Source of the DNA: Limisphaerales bacterium
GTDB lineage: Bacteria; Verrucomicrobiota; Verrucomicrobiia; Limisphaerales; JAJOIW01
NCBI GenBank assembly: GCA_965657355.1
Contig: CBFHOE010000012.1
Span: 2,491-13,579 of the forward strand
DNA length: 11,089 nt
Direction of reading: 5' to 3'
The notes under the pieces were generated by a model. It did no database searches, was not told the origin of the DNA, and saw only the letters and a list, made by a program, of their open reading frames with translations. Below, piece after piece: positions 6,494 to 11,089 of the stretch. A program made the position numbers and the translations under genes. Numbering within the stretch: position 1 is the stretch's first letter; each line of letters begins with the position of its first letter.

Positions 6494-8532
6494 TGGACAA
6501 ATCCAGGATGCATTTACGAAATACAATCATTATATTCGTGTTTGGGTTGGTTTGCTTTGCCTGTAGCTCAACAAAAAGCTCCAAAACTCCGCCCTCCTCA
6601 AATTCTAATGAGGACTATGAAACATACAACGGATTTAGAAAAACTCAATTTGATGGAACTCACCACAGGGAAATCGACCACATACTTGATCTTGCCGATA
6701 AAAACCAATGGGATCTTGCTGCTAAAAAAAGTCAGGTTTTAGCTGCAAAATCTCCAAATAATCAGCGTATACAAAGACTTAATAAATGGGTTTTGACGGA
6801 ATCTGAGAGATTCATGGACAAGGCGCTCGAAGACAGGATTCGAGGAATCAATGACAACAATTCAGTTTTTAGCCCGACACCATTCAGTCTATTGACAGAG
6901 GAAAATAATAGGGGTCTTCCCCCGAAACGGGACATACGAGACGTTGTCGAAGCCATTGAGAAAAGCCCTTACATCCCTGAGACTTATCTGAAAAAGATCG
7001 ACCGCAGAGGAAGTATGCTCAATATCGAAGATCCTGAGGGCGAAATCGTAAAAAAATTAGAAAACAAGATAAACCTCAAGATCAATGACGCGACTCTGGA
7101 GCAAATCATCTTCGACATTGGCGATCAAGAAGGACTTAATTTTATCGCTGATCAAAATATCCCAGCTTTTAAAAATAAATTAACCCTAAATTTTGATCAG
7201 GTATCTATAGCTGAATTGCTCGACTACATATCACGCAACATGAAAGTCCAATTCCAGGTTGGTGAGGGATTAATATGGATCGTTGATGCCAGCAAGCCGG
7301 ATCAACTAAAGAAAGAAACCAAATTCTACAGACTTAAAAATGGATTTCTTCTTCCAGCCCAATTTGGCCCTGAAAAAACTCAGGTAACGCGGGTCGTTAA
7401 TAACAAGGCCGGAACTGAAACGACAACAACAGTAAAGAATTTTGATCCCTTTGTCGAAGACGGTACCCCCGTGAACCCATCGATTGAGAGCGCAATGATA
7501 AAATTCGTACCTGGCATCGATTATTTAATTGATTACGAAAGAAACCTTATTGTCGCCACAGGAACAAGAGAAGATCATATACTCCTAAAGCGCATCATTG
7601 AAGAGTTCGACCGGCCTGTCCAGCAGGTTCTTATTGAAGCAAGAATTGTTACTATTAGCCAAGCTGGATACCTTCAATTGGGTGCTGCGTGGGAAACTGG
7701 TCGGGCACCGTTTAGTCAGCGGGCAAGTACTGATTTTACTGGTATAGGACCAGAAAATATAGGTCTAGGATTGGAGGAGTCTTTTGGTAACATTCTTAAT
7801 CGCGAAAATCTATCAGTCACTATGACAGCTCTTGAGCAAAGTGGGGAGAGTCATACACTGTCGTCACCGAGAATCACTCTAATGAATAACCGCCCAGCTG
7901 TGATTTCAGATGGCAAAATTCAATACTACTATGAGGAATACGAAGTCCAGCAAACTGTAACGGATCGTTCAGTCGCCTCATCTCTTACTCCAAGTGGAAA
8001 ACCCACAAAAGTAACCTCTGGTGTTACACTAAAAGTTTTGGCCAGCATTGGTGAGGATGGTGAAACAATCATACTCGCCCTCAACCCTGAAATTAATCAG
8101 GATGTGCAACTGGTCACTTTTGCAGAAGTCCAAGATGGATCAAACCGCTTTGAAATTCGACTTCCTGAATCCCGGACTCAGAGTCTGGAAACTCGGTTGT
8201 CCGTCAAGTCGGGCGAAACAGTCGTCATGGGGGGAGTTTTGGAAAGAGATCAATCTACCTTCGTCGAATCAGTTCCAATTTTGAGTAGGATTCCTGTTCT
8301 CGGTGCGGCATTCAGAAGAAGAGTGGAATTGGATAAGCCTCGGTATCTCCTGATTTTTGTTAAAGCGACCGTCATAGCTAAGACGGGTGAGTTTATTAAT
8401 TATAGCAAAGATCCCTTATTCAACTCTCCTGAAAACAAAGAGGGTGGAAATACCGGCCCGAAAAGCGGGTCCACGCCTTCACCTGAAGTGCAAAATGAAG
8501 TGTCTGCTTCTGAGGAAGTTCCCGCACAGTAG
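6493..8532 (+). CDS. Outer-membrane secretin (PilQ/GspD family), probable lipoprotein
   Basis: 679 aa; alternative start at ATG 6508. N0/STN-like segment KINLKINDATLEQII...LTLNFDQVSIAELL, N3 segment NLIVATGT...IIEEFDRPVQQVLIEARIV, and secretin core LSSPRITLMNNRPAVI, VKSGETVVMGG, VPILSRIPVLGAAFR, LLIFVKATVI. N-terminus RNTIIIFVFGLVCFAC-SS resembles a signal peptide II. Confidence 0.92.
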   Translation: MDKSRMHLRNTIIIFVFGLVCFACSSTKSSKTPPSSNSNEDYETYNGFRKTQFDGTHHREIDHILDLADKNQWDLAAKKSQVLAAKSPNNQRIQRLNKWVLTESERFMDKALEDRIRGINDNNSVFSPTPFSLLTEENNRGLPPKRDIRDVVEAIEKSPYIPETYLKKIDRRGSMLNIEDPEGEIVKKLENKINLKINDATLEQIIFDIGDQEGLNFIADQNIPAFKNKLTLNFDQVSIAELLDYISRNMKVQFQVGEGLIWIVDASKPDQLKKETKFYRLKNGFLLPAQFGPEKTQVTRVVNNKAGTETTTTVKNFDPFVEDGTPVNPSIESAMIKFVPGIDYLIDYERNLIVATGTREDHILLKRIIEEFDRPVQQVLIEARIVTISQAGYLQLGAAWETGRAPFSQRASTDFTGIGPENIGLGLEESFGNILNRENLSVTMTALEQSGESHTLSSPRITLMNNRPAVISDGKIQYYYEEYEVQQTVTDRSVASSLTPSGKPTKVTSGVTLKVLASIGEDGETIILALNPEINQDVQLVTFAEVQDGSNRFEIRLPESRTQSLETRLSVKSGETVVMGGVLERDQSTFVESVPILSRIPVLGAAFRRRVELDKPRYLLIFVKATVIAKTGEFINYSKDPLFNSPENKEGGNTGPKSGSTPSPEVQNEVSASEEVPAQ

Positions 8533-8538
8533 ATTTGC

Positions 8539-8554
8539 TATCAGCTGATATAAT
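8539..8554 (+). promoter_or_regulatory. Extended -10 element (TGnTATAAT) overlapped by a 12-bp palindrome, upstream of the PilM-PilN gene
   Basis: TG-A-TATAAT at 8546-8554 and perfect palindrome TATCAGCTGATA at 8539-8550, both inside the 36-bp gap 8533-8568. Confidence 0.5.
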
Positions 8555-8568
8555 AGGTCCAAATACTC

Positions 8569-10386
8569 ATGTTAATTGATTTCGCCAGGTATATTACAAG
8601 TCAAAATCTCATCGTTGATGTTGGTACTTGTGACATTAAAATCTTGCATGTTAGGCGCAAGGGAAAGGCCATAAAAGTCGTGGATTTTCGCCTCATTGAC
8701 TTTGTTGATGGTGGGTTTATGAGCCAGGATGAATCCAGTATTGAATTGCAACAGGTTCTTGAATCCTATGGAGATATACCTATTGTTCTCATCATCCCTC
8801 AGCATTTGAGTTTTTCAAGGCTCACACGATTCACATTAGGTCCTCGCCGCGAGCTCACGCACGCAAGTTTAAGAGAGCTCTCGGGGTGGCATTATATTGG
8901 CGAAGATGAGGAAATTTTGTGGGAAATCAAAAATGTCAAAAATGTCCCAGGATACACGAATACCGGGGTGTTGAGCATGGTGAGGGCATTAGATGTCGAA
9001 GACCAAGTCCAAAGACTTGGAGTACATGAGACAAATTTAATTCGAGTCACGACACCTGCAATCGCCTTAGCAGAATCATTTATTCATTTTTCAGGAAATG
9101 ATAAAACGGCTTTCTTATTGGATATAGGTGCCACTACGACAACTGTTGTAGTTGTCGAATCGGGACAATCGGTTTATTCAGGCAGTTTTCCCATTGGGGG
9201 AGAGTCTTTAACTGAAGTCATTTCCTCTTATCTCGACATACCTTTCGATCAAGCTGAAACTAAAAAACGAGAAGAAAAATTATTTCTTGAAGCTGATACA
9301 ACTCCTCTCCCACTAAAGTCAGCTATAGAAAGTTGGGTTAATGAACTTATAAGCCATTTGGAGATTCATTTCGGTGAGCAAGAAATCGCATCAAAAGAAC
9401 TAAGAAGTCGAAATATTTTTCTTTCAGGTGGTGGAGCTCAGATACCAGGAATGGTAGGTTACCTGGGTGAGGTCTATAAATTTAAAATCTCTTCATGGGA
9501 ATTCGTTAAGGGAACTGTCTACTCAAAAGCGGATCTTCCGCTTCACCGATATGTCGGGATGCTAGGTCCAGGAGGAGGGAGTAGCCAAAAACACTCCTTA
9601 ATGCCTCCACACATTCGGCAAAAAAGAAACGTCCAATCAATTCAATTTTTGTCAAACCTCCTGTCCATCCTAGCCATTGGTGGGATAATGGTCATGATTA
9701 TCTACTTTAGCTTGAATGAGTATAAGTCATATGTTCGTCTTGACGGCGAACTTAGAGCTATAAATCGATCACTGGATCAGGTTCAAAAAATTGATGGTTT
9801 AATGCATCAAAGATTTGCCGATGTCAGTAATTTAAAAGACATTCTAGTTGAATATAGAGCGAGCCTTGATTGGTCTAGAGCTTTATTAACTCTTAAAGAG
9901 GCGCAAGAAGAAACCGAGTCTTGGATTATTTTTCTGGAAGATAAAAGATCATATCAACTGTCAAAGAATTCGAACTCCACAAACAGCGTTGAGCAATCGT
10001 CATCGTCATCGACCAAGGCGGCTCAAAGTCGAGATAATCAGCTCGGCGCACTTTCCGAGACGGAGACACCCGGCCTTATTAGTCAAATCGTCATGAAGGG
10101 AAATGCGGAACAGGCATTGAGTAATTTAAATACTTTTGTGGCCAAGCTCAAAAATGTGGAGCCTTTCGGGAATGTCGATAAGTTACCTGAGGATGACCAT
10201 TCCTTTCGGATAGGTCCTGAGTTTTTTATTTCGAATCAAACATTTACTTTGCGTCTGGATTGGAGTGGTTACGAGGCATATTCGCTTTCCCAAAATTGGA
10301 CGAATAAATTTGTCATGAAATCATCGACCACTTCGACGAACAAAAACAAGAATAGTAAACAAAACTTACCTCCAAATTTAAGATAA
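8569..10386 (+). CDS. pilM: PilM (actin/FtsA-like) domain fused to a PilN-like TM and periplasmic domain
   Basis: 605 aa. Actin-fold motifs IVDVGTCDIK, LLDIGATTTTVVV, PIGGESLT and IFLSGGGAQIPG. After a GPGGGSS linker come HSLMPP (like the PilN INLLP motif), a basic patch, one TM helix (LLSILAIGGIMVMIIYFSL), a coiled-coil-like region and a C-terminal domain (IVMKGNA...LNTFVAKLKNVEPF). Adjacent to a secretin. Confidence 0.8.
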   Translation: MLIDFARYITSQNLIVDVGTCDIKILHVRRKGKAIKVVDFRLIDFVDGGFMSQDESSIELQQVLESYGDIPIVLIIPQHLSFSRLTRFTLGPRRELTHASLRELSGWHYIGEDEEILWEIKNVKNVPGYTNTGVLSMVRALDVEDQVQRLGVHETNLIRVTTPAIALAESFIHFSGNDKTAFLLDIGATTTTVVVVESGQSVYSGSFPIGGESLTEVISSYLDIPFDQAETKKREEKLFLEADTTPLPLKSAIESWVNELISHLEIHFGEQEIASKELRSRNIFLSGGGAQIPGMVGYLGEVYKFKISSWEFVKGTVYSKADLPLHRYVGMLGPGGGSSQKHSLMPPHIRQKRNVQSIQFLSNLLSILAIGGIMVMIIYFSLNEYKSYVRLDGELRAINRSLDQVQKIDGLMHQRFADVSNLKDILVEYRASLDWSRALLTLKEAQEETESWIIFLEDKRSYQLSKNSNSTNSVEQSSSSSTKAAQSRDNQLGALSETETPGLISQIVMKGNAEQALSNLNTFVAKLKNVEPFGNVDKLPEDDHSFRIGPEFFISNQTFTLRLDWSGYEAYSLSQNWTNKFVMKSSTTSTNKNKNSKQNLPPNLR

Positions 10387-10402
10387 TAGATTCCCAAGAT
10401 TT

Positions 10403-11089
10403 ATGTTATTTGAAAAATATTTCGAACGTTGGAGAGTGATGCTTTTATTCATGACGGGCGTCTGCGTTCTGATTTATTTTATTGTATTCAGGCCTTTATC
10501 TAACAACGTCAGTCAGCTTGAAAAGAACTTAAATAAGCAAAAATCTAAAATAGTATTAAATTCTAGATTTGGATATTCGGCTTCGGATATTCGTCAAAGT
10601 TATTTCTCGGCTAGATCTGAAAACCGTCAATTAAACGAACTTATAGATAAATTCTCTGATCTTTTTAGATATCCAAAGCAAATAAACGATAAACTCGAGG
10701 CTGATTTTCAGAATACTGAATATGAATTGTATAGATATAATCTTATCAGTACTTACTCATCCGAGGCAGATAAAAAGAAAATTTCTATTTCAGCAAATTT
10801 GGATGAAGGATTTCCCGCCTTCTCGGGACAAAAAGAGTATCAACAATTACTCTGGGCTCACCTGGAAACCATGAGATATGTTTTCGATTTGCTTTACCGC
10901 CTTGGTGGAATTGAAATCCTTGCATTAGAGTCCTTACCAATCACAACTACCAATGCATCAAATGATGATCAGGGACTGTGGTTTAAATTACCTCTTAAAA
11001 TAAAGGTATCTGGGGACGGAGGCAAAGTTATGGAATTTTTGCGCTGGATTCCATTAACTGATGGTGAGCTTTTTAGTCGATACGATATG
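10403..11089 (+). CDS. Bitopic PilO/GspM-like alignment-complex protein; 3' end lies beyond the right edge
   Basis: Not in the ORF track. Translated by hand: ATG at 10403, open for 229 codons to the edge. MLFEKYFERWRVMLLFMTGVCVLIYFIVFRPLSNNVSQLEKNLNKQKSK gives a single N-terminal TM then a coiled coil. The later WFKLPLKIKVSGDGGKVMEFLRWI resembles the PilO strand-Gly-helix motif. It sits directly after pilMN. Confidence 0.7.
   Translation, partial: MLFEKYFERWRVMLLFMTGVCVLIYFIVFRPLSNNVSQLEKNLNKQKSKIVLNSRFGYSASDIRQSYFSARSENRQLNELIDKFSDLFRYPKQINDKLEADFQNTEYELYRYNLISTYSSEADKKKISISANLDEGFPAFSGQKEYQQLLWAHLETMRYVFDLLYRLGGIEILALESLPITTTNASNDDQGLWFKLPLKIKVSGDGGKVMEFLRWIPLTDGELFSRYDM

Noticed and set aside
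6399..8805. Short ORFs 6399-6584 (-), 6762-6956 (-), 8048-8284 (+) and 8572-8805 (-)
   Set aside because: They overlap the secretin or PilMN genes antisense or out of frame, with no protein-like motifs.
8569..9570. Cell division protein FtsA
   Set aside because: The actin-like fold is shared, but the TM plus PilN-like C-terminus and secretin context indicate PilM, and no dcw genes are present.
10403..11089. Lower GC at the right end as a sign of horizontal transfer
   Set aside because: The drop is modest by eye, the gene continues the operon logically, and there are no mobility genes or flanking repeats.

Overview
Bacterial DNA of roughly 40% GC (estimated by eye), with no mobile element, CRISPR or RNA gene that I can recognise. 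Two gene blocks diverge from a 151-bp gap at 6342-6492. Minus strand: a translationally coupled attEFGH-like module (LolD/MacB-type ABC ATPase, double FtsX-type permease, secreted CrtC/AttH lipocalin-like protein), then a large secreted PVC-type protein (SGNH-like domain plus beta-propeller 'membrane-bound dehydrogenase' domain) that runs off the left edge and is missing from the ORF track. Plus strand: a type IV filament (T4P/T2SS-like) envelope cluster with a secretin that looks like a lipoprotein, a PilM-PilN fusion, and a PilO/GspM-like gene that runs off the right edge and is also missing from the track. The gene content suggests the PVC superphylum, probably Verrucomicrobiota (inference). 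Best leads: a structured, GNRA-capped leader directly in front of the secretin; the secretin-first liposecretin/PilMN/PilO-like cluster; an internal extended -10 promoter overlapped by a 12-bp palindrome; and an SGNH domain lacking its catalytic residues. None of these is shown to be novel from the sequence alone.
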